This document shows, one piece after another, positions 37,110 to 49,870 of a stretch of DNA of 64,000 nt (within the stretch, counting starts at the first letter, position 1; each line of letters begins with the position of its first letter). The notes under the pieces are model-generated. The model saw only the letters and a list, made by a program, of their open reading frames with translations, was not told the origin of the DNA and made no database searches. The stretch is taken from positions 75,268,001 to 75,332,000 of the forward strand of contig CM059430.1 of NCBI GenBank assembly GCA_030390025.1, read 5' to 3'. The DNA is from Squalus acanthias (taxonomy: Eukaryota). The position numbers were made by a program, and so were the translations under genes.

Positions 37110-37420
37110 GAATTTCAGCTCAGGCTGAAGAGAATGCTAATGATACAAAAAGTCTGTTGTGGCAGAGGCCAAAGATGGTGGCTTCAATCTTCCCGATGTT
37201 TAACTGGAGGAGAAATTGCTTCCTATGAAGTTTGGGGTCAGAGGCTGTGGAGAAGTCAAAAGAGGTGTTGCAGAGACAAACCTGGACAATGTCATTATAC
37301 ATGTGATGACTGAACCCCTTCCTTCCGATAATATCGCCCAGGGGAAGCATGCACGTGAGGAAGAGGAAGGGGCAATAATAAATCCTTGGTGAACTGGGGA
37401 GTTGTGTTTCTTCTGTGGGA
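37110..37420 (-). mobile_element. L2 LINE RT fragment
   Basis: Minus ORF ..PFLFLTCMLPLGDIIGRKG.SHHMYND..LQLNIGKIEA. Confidence 0.7.
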
Positions 37421-38004
37421 GCAAAGGCAATTCTGGCGCAAATGGTGGCCAAAGTTTTACCCATTTTGAAAAATGTTTGAAATATCACCAAACACAAAAT
37501 ATGCCATGAACCAGTGCAATTGGGTAGGATTTTAAAATATAATTTAAAGAATTGCTTTAAAAATGTTCCTTAATATATTTAAGAATGTTAACTTGGTAAA
37601 GTTTGATTCATACAGCTGAAAATAAATTATCACAGAGAATAAGAATTATAAATGACAGTTTCAGTGCACCACCTATGGGTAACCCGATTTTAAATGACTG
37701 AAAAGGACTACTACAAATTATGCAAAACTATTTTCCAGTTAGTTTGTACAGTAGTCAGTTCCTTATTAAATTGGAAAAAAATCATTTAAAACCTTTCAAA
37801 ACGTATCTATTAGCGTCCTTGTGCCCAAAAGTTCTGGCTTAAATTTTAAGAATCCTCGAAGGCCTGCAAACAAGGGCAATTAGTGGAAACTCCCGATGTT
37901 GATTAATTCACCCTGGGGGGTTGTGATCAATTTATGTGCACGGGGCTTCTAGCATGATTTTTTTTTAATTGGCGCAAAAGATCACAGAAACTTGGGATGT
38001 GCTG

Positions 38005-38372
38005 ATCGATCTCTGTCTTCAATATACTAAACGATTAAGCCTCCACAGCCGTCTGGGATAGAGAATTCCAAATATTCACCACCCTCTGAGTGAAGAAATT
38101 TCTCCTCATCTCAGTCATAAATGGCCGACCCCTTATTATGAGACTGTGTCCCCTAGTTCTAGACATCCTCTCTGCATCTACCCTGTCATGCCCTGCAAGA
38201 ATTGTGTGTGTTTGAATGAGATCATCTTTCATTCTTCTAAACTCTCGGGAATATAGGCGTAATCTACTCAATCTCTCCTCATTGGACAATTTCCCACTCC
38301 CAGGAATCAGTCTGCTGAACCTTCATATGCCAATTATATCTTTCCTTAGGTAAGGAGACCAAAACTGTACAC
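38005..38372 (-). mobile_element. CR1 LINE RT 3' fragment
   Basis: Minus ORF 38035..38289 (EERLSRL.LYS.EFRRM..RRNFFTQRVVNIWNSL). Confidence 0.85.
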
Positions 38373-39194
38373 GTTGTAAACATGGGCTAAAGGGTTGCGG
38401 AATGGAAGTTGGAATGTTGAAAATGCTGAGAGAGGCAGTTTTAGCAGTTCAAAAGCGAGAACTGAGAAAAAGATTGGGACTCTCGACTGAATATTTAGCG
38501 TTCCCTTCATCATTTAATCTATGTCTTTGCACACTTCCATATACCAGAGGAAACTTTTTTAAGAACTGTGCAGAAGGTAACAGGCTTGGGTGAGGACACA
38601 GAATGTGAGCTTGAAATTTTAAATCAGTACAGAATGGGATTCATTAGAAAACATCAGAAATTTAAAATTTTGTGAAGGAGAAAAGGATTATTAGTTTTTG
38701 ATGGAATAAAGAAGAAACGGGAAGCTCCTGTCTCTTTTCTACTGTTCTACGGTTATTTTTTGTTTTCAGTGTGGATGTTACTTTATTTTTACCAAACATG
38801 TGTGAATGTTATGGTGTTACTGCGGATGTGGCTCCTCCCTCTTTTTCAAGCTGGAATGTGTTATGAGTTTAAGATATATGGTTCCTTCAGCACGTGCAAA
38901 ATCAGATGCAGAATAAAATATTTCAGAAACTTCAGATTAAAACAAAAGCTTGGCGTCAGTTGGTTATTTTTTCATATTCATCTCCACTTCTTTTCAAATT
39001 TAGCGCTACCCTGCTCTCTTTCCTTATCTTTCATTTGACAATGTCGTTATCTGATGGCAACACTCCAAACTCAACTCCCAGAGAAGTGTTCGTTTTCCAC
39101 AACCTTTAAATATCAAAGATCCCAATATACAGATCCGTGCGGTGCGAAAACTTTATCCGCCTTTTCTCTATTGCCCTTGATCCTCCAACATTCT

Positions 39195-39825
39195 ACATCA
39201 TCCAACGTCCACGTATATTGCCACCTAACCCAACACAGGCAAGCAGAACCTCCAGAACGAAGCGCTCGCTGTGAGCCTTACCCCAGCCCATCATTTGTTT
39301 ACTTTCAATCAAATACCATTATCCATTGAATTCCACCCGGTGTCCGGCTCCAACTGCTGTTTGGCATCTGCTATCCCGGAGGGAAGCACGGTCGAGATGT
39401 CGAACTGACCCTTAGGGCAATATCGGGCAGTAACTCGCGTTCTGTCATCCCAAGTCGCAACGCGCCGGAGCAGAACCGCCGTAAACAGTGCACACGATAA
39501 GCAGCAAACTGTCATTTTAGCAAGAGCTATGAGCCATTTTAAAAAGGTAACAAATAATTATTATCACCCTCAAGTCAATGGAAATAAAAATCGGGAGCGT
39601 GGTAAAACGGGCTTTCGATACATTATCGCCCAAATCACAATTACACGCTGATATCGCAGTTTGATATCATCAAGAAAGCAGGATAAGGCAAGACAATGCA
39701 GAAACAAATGTTCTTGAAGCATGAAAGCATAAAACATAGCTCAACATATTTTATTCTGTTTTATCATACTATACCTTAAATGTAAAAGCAATAAAATAGC
39801 AACAATTGATTAAAATATTTCTGAT
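39195..39825 (+). pseudogene. Relic of a third V-C1 paralog: 3' end of C1 exon plus following intron
   Basis: ccaacgtccacgtatattgccacctaacccaacacag|gcaag matches the gene A C1 end gcaacggccactcacattgtcacgtaccctacag|gtagg (TAC to TAA). 39260-39825 is colinear with gene A intron 6645-7255. Confidence 0.7.
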
Positions 39826-40535
39826 CAGGGGGAAATCCCGAAGTTGAGGTCAGTCATTGACATCTCCGACATAGGCTGCGCTGTGCCCACCCCCTCAGAA
39901 GAGTCAGCAAACCGTGTAATCAGCCAAATCAGGGAAAGTGATGAAAACCTCGGCTATTGCGCGGTAAGTACGCTTTTAAATTCGCCACTAAAAGTTAGAT
40001 CCAAAGGGAATAGGTTCAACTGGGATTTAAATAGCATTATTACTGCTAAACAAATGTTAAGGGCCTCGAAAACTAGTTTTCATTTTGTGTAGTATGAAAT
40101 TTGTCCATTTTAATAAAAAAATGAAATTTTGAAGAAAATTCTCAAAATATACTTTGTCCATCTTTACTTCAGGTTTGCAATTCCCCCTCTGAGAGCACCA
40201 ACCCTTTTTTTCCTCCCTCTAACTATTTTTTTAGAACATTAGAATTTTAAGAGCTTACTCACTTCCTTGTTCACTGTCTGTGAGAAGTCTGCGTTTTGAT
40301 TGGCTGCTCAGACAGCTAGTTGAGGTCACAGTAGTTGGCACAAGGGGAACCCCATTGCAGTTCCTTGATTTGAATTGCACCGCGCGAAACTGGAAGTTCT
40401 CGACACATTGATCGCAAAATCCTTGTGCGAAGCGCACTTCGGGGCCAACAGCTAAGAAAGAAAGTCCTCTGTGCGGGCTTCCGAAATCGATCTAGGACTA
40501 AGAAAAACAATGAGGTTGCGAACTGCTAGTCCTGG
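39826..40535. mobile_element. MITE-like repeat related to 1454-2219
   Basis: Similar internal layout (gtaagt..tttta..tactgc..aac; AT-rich core; ctgattgg..ttgc). Ends not clearly resolved. Confidence 0.4.
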
Positions 40536-40689
40536 CTCATTTTGTGGTTCAGCTACGATACAACTACTTCAGGCAGAGGTTGGGGAATATGTGGAACAGT
40601 CTAATCACAGAGCTAGTGGAAGATGTTATCAATTTGAAATGTGTTGGATAATTTTTAGTCGATAGCTCCATTGAAGATTGTGCAAAATG

Positions 40690-41055
40690 AGGGTTGTATC
40701 TCTGTAATCTCCTTCAGCCCCACTGCCCCCAGAGATATCTGCGCTCCTCTAATTCTGCCCTCTTGAGCATCCCTGATTATAATCGCTCAACCTTTGGTGG
40801 TCGTGCCTTCTGTTGCCTAGGCCTTAAGCTCTGGAATTCCCTCGCTAAATCTCTCTGCTTCTCTACCTCTCTTTCCTCCCTTAAGACGCTCCTTAAAACC
40901 TACCTCTTTGACCAATCTTTTGGTCACCTGCCCTAATTTATCCTTATGTGGATCGTTGTCAAATTTGCTGTCTTAAAATACTCCTGTGCAGCGCCTTGGG
41001 GCATTTTACTGCGTTAAAGGCGCTATATAAATACAAGTTTTTGTTGTTGTTTTTG
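40690..41055 (+). mobile_element. L2 LINE 3' end
   Basis: ORF 40694..40936 (YLCNLLQP..LRSS..GGRAF..LWNSL..LKTYLF), then aaaggcgctatataaatacaagt and a (ttg)n tail. Confidence 0.85.
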
Positions 41056-42250
41056 TTGCTTTATGGAGCTGGCCTATGAATTGGAATGGTATATTCTCAT
41101 CCTGCAAAGTTATGTTCTCAAGCAAAATATAGCCTCTGTGCGTAAAGGTATGGTACGTAAATAGATCGCATGATGAGTCATCAGTGACCATGTTTCCTGC
41201 AGCTTTCTCCGAATGATAAAGTCATAGAATTTCCTAGAATTACATAAGGACATAACATAAGAACATGAGAAATAGCAGCAGGAGTAGGCCATTTGGCCCC
41301 TTGAATTTGCTGCGCTATTCAATAATATCATGGCTGATGGTTTACCTCAACTGCACTTTCCTGCACTATCGCCATGTCCCTTGATACCCTTAATATCGAA
41401 AAATGTATCGATCTCAGTCTTGAATATATTCAACGGCTGAGCGTCCACAGGACCCGGGGTAGAAAATTCCAAAGATTCACCACACTCTCAGTGAAGAAAT
41501 TTCTCCTCGTCTCAGTCGTAAATAGCTGACCCATTGTTCTGAGACTGTAACCCCTGCTTCTAGACTCCACAGCCAAGGGAAACATCCTTCCCTGCATCTA
41601 CCCTGTCAATTTCTGTAAAAATGCATATGTTTCAATGAGATCACCTCTCATTCGTCTAAACTCTAGAGAATATAGGCCTGGTCCACTCAATCTCTCCTCA
41701 TATAATAATCCCCCCATCGCAGGAATAAATCTGGTGAACCTTTGTCCCACTCCTTCTATGCCAAATATATCCCTCCTTAGATAAGGAGAACAAAACTATG
41801 CAAGCTGTAAGCATGGTCCAAACGGATGCGGAATGGAAGTTGGAATGTTGAAAATGCTTAGAGAGGCCCTATATACTCCAGGGCCCTATATAATTGCAGT
41901 AAGACGACTTTATTCTTATACTCAAAACCCTCTTGTTATAAAGGCCAACATACCATATGCTTTCCTAATTGCTTGCTGTACCTGCATGTTAACTTTCAGT
42001 GGTTCGTGAACAAGGGCACGCAGGTCCCTCTGAACATCAACATATCCCAATCTCTCACAATTTAAAAAATACTCTACTTTTCTATTTTCCTACCAAAATG
42101 GATAACTTCACATTTCTCCACATTATATTCAATTTGCCATGTCATTGCCCACTCACATAGCGTGTCTATATCACCTTGACGCCTCTTTTCCTCCTCCTCA
42201 CAAATTAGATTCACACCCAGATTTGTATCATCAGCAAACTTGTATAAATT

Positions 42251-43012
42251 GGGCCAGAAATTCGGATCTCCAAGGGTGAATACGTGCAGTGTACTCACCC
42301 GTAGACCCAATGAAAGTGCCGGTTTCGCACATGCACTGCGCATGCGCTGGAAACCGGAACTTCCATTCCCTTGAAGGAAGGGGTTCGGAGGTCAAACGCG
42401 TGCGCTGGAGAGACAGTGCGTCGACCTGGAACTTCCGTTTTTTTTCTGGTTTCTCCGTGCGGGTAAGTGCCTAGCAGGTGCGCGTTGAAAACGCAGGTGC
42501 AAGGCCTGCTTTTAACAAGGTAAGTGGTGAATTAAGTAAAATTTAAACATTTTTTCCACAGGTTTATCTTTTTTAAATACTTTAAAGAAATGTAAGTTTA
42601 TTTTTAGCCCCGTTAAAAACTGTAATTAATGTTTTAAAAAATTAAAATTTTTGTTTAAAATAGTTACTTTATGTAATTAATAGTTATTTTAAAAATGTTA
42701 TTTTTTAAAAAATTTATTTGAAGTTTTAATTAGTTTTTGGGGCCGATCTCTATTCATAGATTTGACAGGTCTTCCTGTCAAATCTATGAATTGAGATCCC
42801 CTGCTCCGATTAGCTCTCCGTGGCCCACGTGATCCCAGGGGATGCTTCGAACTCACTGCGCTCCTGGGATACACAAGCACTGCACTCCAGCATCTGGAGG
42901 AGGCCCAGGATCGGAATCCCACCCAGGCCCACTGCACAACGGCAAGCGCGCTAGGTAAGTGCAGTTCGGGGGCTTGTACCCGAGGGAAGCCTCCGACCCA
43001 AATTTCTGGCCC
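42251..43012. mobile_element. PIF/Harbinger-type MITE
   Basis: TIRs gggccagaaattcgg / ccaaatttctggccc, 3-bp TSD ATT/CTT. Same family as 29055-29797. Confidence 0.85.
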
Positions 43013-44066
43013 CTTACATTTGGTGCGCTCATCCAAATCATTGATATAGATGGTGAATAGCTGAAGCTCAAGCACTGATCCTTGTGGTACCCCACTAGTT
43101 ACAGCCTGCCAACACGAAAATGACCCGTTTATTCCTACTCTCTTTTTTCTGTCCGTTAACCAATCCTCAATCCATACTAATATATTACATCATTTCCCAT
43201 GCGCCCTAATTTTGTTTAATAACCTCCTGTGTGGCAACTTATCGAATGCCTTCTGAAAATCCAAAACAACACATCCACTGGTTCCCCCTTATGTATTCTG
43301 CCAGTTACAACCTAAAAAATCTCTAACAGATCCGTCAAACACGATTTCCCTTTCATAAATCCGTGTTGACTCTGCCCAATCCTATTACTATTTTCTAAGT
43401 GCCCTGTTACCACTTCCTTAATAATAGATTCTAGCATTTTACCAACTACTGATGTCAGGCTAACTGGTCTGTAGTACCCCGTTTTCTCTTTCCCTCCTTG
43501 CTTAAATAGAGGCGTTACTTTTGTTACCTTCCAATCCGTGGGAATTGTTCCAGAATATATGGAATTTTGGAACATGATAACCAATGTATCCACTATATCT
43601 ATAGCCACCTCTTGCAAAACATAGGATGTAGGCCATCAGGTCCAGGGGATTTATCTGCTTTCAGTCCCATTAATTCCTGCAGTACTATTTTTTTACTAAT
43701 ACCAATTTCTTTCAGTTCCTCATTCTTGCTAGACACTTGGTTCTCCACTTCCAGGAACTTTTTTGCATCTTCTTCCGTGAAGCCCGACACAAAGGCCGAC
43801 ATCTTGCCGACCAAGGTGGGACTGGGGCGGGAGAGGTCATTGACGGGCTGCGATCCCACTGCGAGCTACATCCCGCCTAGGAAAAAGATTTTCGGTTAAT
43901 GGACCGTTGCGTTTCCTCTCTTCGCGTTCCCCGACCCTAATACAGTGTGCGGGTCAGGTGACGTCTGCGCTGACTCTTGGTATACTTAAGGGGCTCATGG
44001 CCTTACTTCATTTAATTTGCTCCATTTAAAGCGTGCATTACAGATATACCTTGTTCTGCTCCAAGA

Positions 44067-45953
44067 ATGACCTGAGAAAGGCAGAGGGCTGCCCTTCGCT
44101 TCAGTGATAACTACCTCCATGTTCTTGTGGAGGTATTCCGAGCACGCAGGGAGGTTCTCTTCCCTGCCAGTGGGCAGAAGGGACGACCCCAGGAGACCAA
44201 GGCAGCCTGGCTGCAAATAGCTGAGGAGGTAACGTGCAGGTGTGTGGTCAGGACGACCTGGGTTCAGTGTCGCACGCCTTTTCATGAACTTCTATGATCG
44301 GGAAAAGTGACTGTGAAGCCACACTTACCTTAATGCTGCTGTGTGTGTTATCACTTCTCCATCACTCAGCATTCCCAACGCTACTCCTGCACATCGCAAC
44401 TCGATGCAAGATCCCTTGGACGTTCACCAATCCCTCTCTATCTATGTGCATTATTGCATCCCCATCTTACTATGCACCCCTCAGACTCACCCTCATCCGA
44501 ATGTAATGACACCAACTAGCAACACTAAAGGATGTGCCTTGTTACAGCTTCCCCACTCCATTATAGTCTCCCTATCCAGATCTAACACAGCCATTCCTTT
44601 TACTCATTCCATCAGTCTCGCTCAGCTTTCTTTTCTGTCCCTCCTTGCAGGAGAAGAAAGACCTGAATAAGGGGGAGAGGATGATTACAGGAGGTGGCCC
44701 TCAATCAGTCATTCTGACTCTACCAGAGGAGGCTGCCCTGTGGATAACTGGAGTGGTGACCCGGCCGGAAGTGCGGGATGGAGAGAGGGGCTCATCTGAC
44801 CAACCGGTGCCAGAATCATTTCCCATACACCTACATATCATTCATCAGTCACTCATATGAGGGCTACTGTCAACAGGAATTGATTGCTCATAATGCAAAA
44901 ACTGGTATGTGTATGCAATGTACATATATATCTAACTGATGTCTTTACATTCCCACAGGTCCATCAAACCCTACCCCCACCCCCTATGTCCATGAGGAAA
45001 TGGAAGAGCACACCTCAGAGGAGGCTGCAGCCACTGAGTGCGCATCATCATCTCAGACAAGGCAAGCCAGCACCAGCATAGATTCAATCACCTCGGTTGG
45101 TCCATCGTGAGATAGAATAGAGTTGTCACCTGGTGTCTCACACATCACACGTGAGCAACAGCAGTTGGTGGATACAGGGTCAGCAGTGTAGAAACGTCGT
45201 CGCAGGGTGCCGGAGTCTCCTAGCTCTGTTCAGCTTCATGCAGACGCTGTGCCTCGGGGGCCATCAAGAAAGATGGCGGTCTTGGAGCTGGAGCAACAAG
45301 TGCAGGAGGTTCTGACAGGTATTGCAACCGGGTGACTGCGAGTGTGCAGTGCATGGTGGAGTCAATCTCAAGCATGAGCACCACCGTGACGCAGGCAATC
45401 GCGGCTGTAGGTTCCTCCATGGATAGGATGGCCACTTGCATGGAGGACCTAATGTGCCAGTCGCATGAGCACATTATCTCAAAATAGATGATTATCTATG
45501 GAGGATAGATGTGCATCTATGGAGGAGAGAAACCAAAGGATCATAGAGGTCCTTGTTCGGAGGAATGACAGGATAAACATGAGTCCTCATGGCCCACTCA
45601 TGTGCCGGAAGGTGCTCCCCAGCTAGCATGTGGACCATGAGAGGAATGATGGTGGGAGAGCACATGGACGTAGGGGCTTCTCTCCAAGCACTCACACTTC
45701 AACCCTCTTGCCTGCCCCTCAGTCAGAGCCGCAGATACCTCCACGGACAGCAATGGCCGAGTCTGCCACTGCACAGTCGCAGGTGGAGCAGACTTTGGCG
45801 GGGCCCACACAGGCTCCAAAACCCGGAGGACGAGCGCCAAAGGCGTCTAAGCAGATGCAGCAGGGATGTGAGCAGGCTGCCTCTACCTCTGCTGAAGCCA
45901 TAGGGGTTGCACCACATAGAAACACTCGGAAAAGCAAGAGGACACACCAATAG
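44067..45953 (+). pseudogene. Harbinger Myb/SANT-like DNA-binding protein gene (spliced, with stops)
   Basis: Exon 44067-44306: MT*ERQRAALRFSDN..RARREVLFP..TKAAWLQIAEEV..RTTWVQCRTPFHELL*. Exon from 44651: EKKDLNKGERMITGGGP..EEAAL. Third exon from ~44960. Confidence 0.8.
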
Positions 45954-46241
45954 AGTCACAAGGGTAGTCACTTGAGTGTTTCTTTCATTATTCATGACAA
46001 GTTTCTCTTAATTTTATTTTGTATGAATAGATCTTTAATTCGTTCTGATATTGTTCTTCCGCAAATGTGTGTTGACACTTGGAAGTGGCAGAGTGGATGG
46101 TTAGGGTAACGTCAATCTCCATCAATAATGGTGATATTGATAATGTAGGACTGGTCATTCTAGGAATGTTTAATGGTGTTGATGTGGGCTGATGCCAATG
46201 TGCTAAATCACGTGGCAGCCACATATCTGTGTATCGTGAAC

Positions 46242-47440
46242 TTAGCTAAGTCTGGCCATGATGAGGTGAATCCTGACCTCACGGGCAGCAATGCGTTTGG
46301 TTACTGGTGGCATTGGTGGCGCCGGCTGATCAAGGTCTTCCTCATAGACGTCCTCAAACTCCTCCTCCTCCTCCAAAGAGGCTGTGCACTCTGCGCGTTC
46401 TTCAGCATGCAGCCCAAGCCTCGCTGCTTCGCTATATTGTGCAGGGTGCAGCAGACCCCAATGATTCTGGAGACCCTGGCTGGTGCCGATTGCAGGGCAC
46501 CTCCAGATCTGTTCAGGCATCTGAAACGCATTTTAAACAACACAATCGTCTGCTCTATGACACTTCTGATGGAGATCAGGCTTTGATTGTAATGTTCCTC
46601 GAGTTCATTTGTTGTCCTCCTCAAAGGTGTAATGAGCCACGTCTTTAATGGATTGCCCTTGTCTCCAAGCAGCCAGCCAGAAAGACTGTTTGGAGGTCCG
46701 AACAGCTGAGGAGCGGCGGAGTGGCGCCGTATGTAGGAGTCATGGAAGCTCCCAGGGAACTTGGTGCATAAATGGAGAATGATCTTCCTATGGTTGCAGA
46801 CCAGCTGCACATTGAGGGAGTGGAAGCCCTTGCGGTTAATAAACACTGCTGGGTTATGATGGGGTGCCCTGATGGTCACATGTGTGCAGTCGATTACGCA
46901 TTGCACCCGTGGGAATCCAGCCAGAGCTGTAAAGCCAACCGAGCGCTCAGCAGCACTGGCTTCATCAGTTGCAAAGTTTATATAATTTACTGCCTTGTCA
47001 AATAGGTCATCAGAGATGCCGCAACTGTCTTCTGTAGAGGCGTGAAAGGAGCCTGAGGCGAAGAATTTGAGGGCAAGGGTGACTTTCACAGATATTGGTA
47101 AGGGGTGACCCCCCGCTCCTCTGGGCTGCAGCTCTTGCTCCAGCAATCTGTAAATGTCCACCACATCCTGGCGTGTTAGCGTAAGCCTCCATTGGCACTG
47201 CTGGTCAGTCATGATGTGGAACCTCATCCTCTGCCTTTAAACCCTGTGCTGGGTGTAGCACCTCCGCCGAAGTCCAGCCCTACGCTGCTGCCTTCTGACC
47301 TGTGCAGCTTGAGGTTGTTGAGGCGAAGGCTGGGCTCTTGCTGTTTTTGTGGCTGCTGGGGTGTCTGGTTCTGCTGGTGTTGGAGCTCTTCGTGGTGAGA
47401 TTCTGAGGACCAAGCTGAGAGAGTGTAAACTGTACCCATT
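46242..47440 (-). pseudogene. Harbinger (HARBI1-family) DDE transposase, degenerate
   Basis: ORF 46301..47227: [72 protein letters not shown]- and C-termini lie in other frames; apparent deletion after CGIS. Confidence 0.92.
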
Positions 47441-47637
47441 CTGATGTAATGGACGGCAGGTGACAGAGAGATGACAGAAGCAACAATGCGAATGCCGAGA
47501 GAGGTTGTTCCAATGAGGTGGAACTGGATGGAGAGCTGGCTCCAAACACTTGCAAGCTGCACAAGGCTGTATATGTCTTCTAAATGCAGTAACCAACAGT
47601 TTCTGAGCTCTGAAAGTGAAAAACTGCAATATGGCAA

Positions 47638-49870
47638 TATATTCCACTGAAAAGAAAAGGGTGTAAAAGAAAGGACAGTCATCCGTGGCTAAGTAAAGAA
47701 ATTAAGAATAGTATTCGACTAAAAACAAGGGCATATAAGGTAGCGAAATCTAGTGGGAGGACAGAGGATTGGGAAAACTTTAAAAGGCAGCAAAAAATAA
47801 CAAAAAGATTGATTAAGAAAGGGAAGATAGATTATGAAAGTAAATTAGCAAAAAATATAAAAACAGATAGTAAGAGTTTTTATAGTTATATAAAAAGAAA
47901 AAGGGTGGCTAAAGTAAATGTTGGTCCCTTAGAGGATGAGACCGGGAAATTAATGGTGGGAAATATGGAGATGGCAAAAACACTGAATGAATATTTTGTA
48001 TCAGTCTTTACAGTAGAGGACACTAAGAATATCCCAACACTGGACAAACAGGGGGCTATAGTGGGAGAGGAGCTAAGCACGATCAAAATCACTAAGGAAG
48101 TGGTACTCGGTAAAATAATGGGACTCAAGGCGGATAAATCACCTGGACCTGATGGCTTACATCCTAGAGTCTTGAAGGAAGTGGCGGTAGGGATTGTAGA
48201 TGCATTGGTAATAATTTTTCAAAACTCCCTGGATTCCGCTAAGGTCCCGGCAGACTGGAAAACTGCTAATGTAACACCCTTATTTAAAAAGGGCAGTAGA
48301 CAGAAGGCTGGTAACTATAGACCGGTTAGCCTAACATCTGTGGTAGGTAAAATTTTGGAGTCCATTATTAAGGAAACAGTAACAGGACATTTGGATAATC
48401 ATAATTTAATAGGACAAAGTCAGCATGGTTTTACGAAGGGGAAGTCATGTTTGACAAATTTGCTGGAGTTCTTTGAGGAAGTAACATATAGAGTGGATAA
48501 AGGGGAACCAGTGGACGTAGTGTATTTAGACTTCCAAAAGGCATTTGACAAGGTGCCACACAAAAGATTATTGCTTAAGGTAAAAAATCACGGGATTGGG
48601 GGTAATATTCTGGCATGGATAGAGGATTGGCTATCTAACAGAAAGCAACGAGTTGGGATAAATGGTTCATTCTCAGACTGGCAATCAGTAACTAGTGGTG
48701 TTCCACAGGGGTCAGTGCTGGGTCCCCAACTCTTTACAATCTATATTAACGATTTGGAGGAAGGGACTAAGTGTAACATATCAAAATTTGCAGATGATAC
48801 TAAGATGGGAGGGAAAGTAGTGAGTGAGGAGGACATAAAAAACCTGCAAGGGGACATAGACAGGCTAAGTAAGTGGGCAGAGATTTGGCAGATGGAATAC
48901 AACACTGGAAAGTGTGAGGTGATGCACTTTGGCAGGAAAAATCCTAGAGCAATTTATTATCTTAATGGCAAGAAACTGGAGAGTACTGAAGTGCAAAGGG
49001 ATCTGGGGGTCCTGGTGCACGAAACTCAAAAGTTTAGTATGCAGGTGCAGCAAGTGATTAAGAAGGCAAATGGAATGTTGGCTTTCATTGCTAGGGGGAT
49101 AGAATGTAAAAATAGGGAGGTATTGCTTCAGTTGTACAAGGTAGTGGTGAGACCGCACCTGGAATACTGCATACAGTTTTGGTGTCCTTACTTAAGGAAA
49201 GACATCCTTGCTCTCGAGGCAGTGCAAAAAAGGTTCACACGGTTAATCCCGGGGATGAGGGGGTGGTCATGTGAGGAGAGGTTGGGTAGATTGGGACTTT
49301 ACTCATTGGAGTTCAGAAGAATGAGAGGCGATCTTATTGAAACATATAAGATTGTGAAGGGGTTGGATCGGGTGGATGCGGGGAGGATGTTCCCGATGAC
49401 GGGTGAGACTAGAACTAGGGGACATAGTCTTAGAATAAGGGGCTGCTCTTTCAAAACTGAGATGAGGAGGAACTACTTCACTCAGAGGGTGGTAGGTCCA
49501 TGGAATAAGCTGCCACACAAAGCTGTAGAAGCTACATCATTAAATAAATTTAAAACAGAAATAGACAGTTTCCTAGAAGTAAAGGGCATTAAGGGTTACG
49601 GGGAGCGGGCAGGAATTTGGACATGAGTCTAGGTTCGGATCGGTCATGGCCCTGTGGGTAGTGGAGCGGGCCCAGGGACCGTGTAGCCTGATTCTGCTCC
49701 TATTTCGTGTGTCCAATTCTGTTAGATGCAGGAGATGGTTCTGTGATAGTAGATAGTAGATTGGCGGTTAGGATCAGATCAGCCATGATATTATTGAATG
49801 GCGGAGCAGGCTCGAGGGGCCGATTGGCCTACTCCTGCTCCTATTTCTTATGTTCTTATGTTCTTATGTT
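47638..49870 (+). mobile_element. Young 5'-truncated CR1 LINE nested in the Harbinger element
   Basis: Frame open from 47641 (IPLKRKG..HPWLSKEI) to 49626, followed by 3'UTR and a (ttcttatg)n tail. Confidence 0.95.
47809..49626 (+). CDS. CR1 ORF2 reverse transcriptase (lacks the endonuclease N-terminus)
   Basis: 605 aa with KSPGPDG, NYRPVSLTS, QHGF, LDFQKAFDKVPH, GVPQGSVLGP, FADD. No stops or frameshifts. Confidence 0.93.
   Translation: MIKKGKIDYESKLAKNIKTDSKSFYSYIKRKRVAKVNVGPLEDETGKLMVGNMEMAKTLNEYFVSVFTVEDTKNIPTLDKQGAIVGEELSTIKITKEVVLGKIMGLKADKSPGPDGLHPRVLKEVAVGIVDALVIIFQNSLDSAKVPADWKTANVTPLFKKGSRQKAGNYRPVSLTSVVGKILESIIKETVTGHLDNHNLIGQSQHGFTKGKSCLTNLLEFFEEVTYRVDKGEPVDVVYLDFQKAFDKVPHKRLLLKVKNHGIGGNILAWIEDWLSNRKQRVGINGSFSDWQSVTSGVPQGSVLGPQLFTIYINDLEEGTKCNISKFADDTKMGGKVVSEEDIKNLQGDIDRLSKWAEIWQMEYNTGKCEVMHFGRKNPRAIYYLNGKKLESTEVQRDLGVLVHETQKFSMQVQQVIKKANGMLAFIARGIECKNREVLLQLYKVVVRPHLEYCIQFWCPYLRKDILALEAVQKRFTRLIPGMRGWSCEERLGRLGLYSLEFRRMRGDLIETYKIVKGLDRVDAGRMFPMTGETRTRGHSLRIRGCSFKTEMRRNYFTQRVVGPWNKLPHKAVEATSLNKFKTEIDSFLEVKGIKGYGERAGIWT

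Noticed and set aside
46301-47227. Host HARBI1 gene or a RAG-like transposase linked to the VJ-C1 genes
   Set aside because: It lies within TIRs and a TSD and carries frameshifts and a deletion. The motifs are Harbinger, not Transib/RAG, so its proximity to the Ig genes is unremarkable in a repeat-dense genome.
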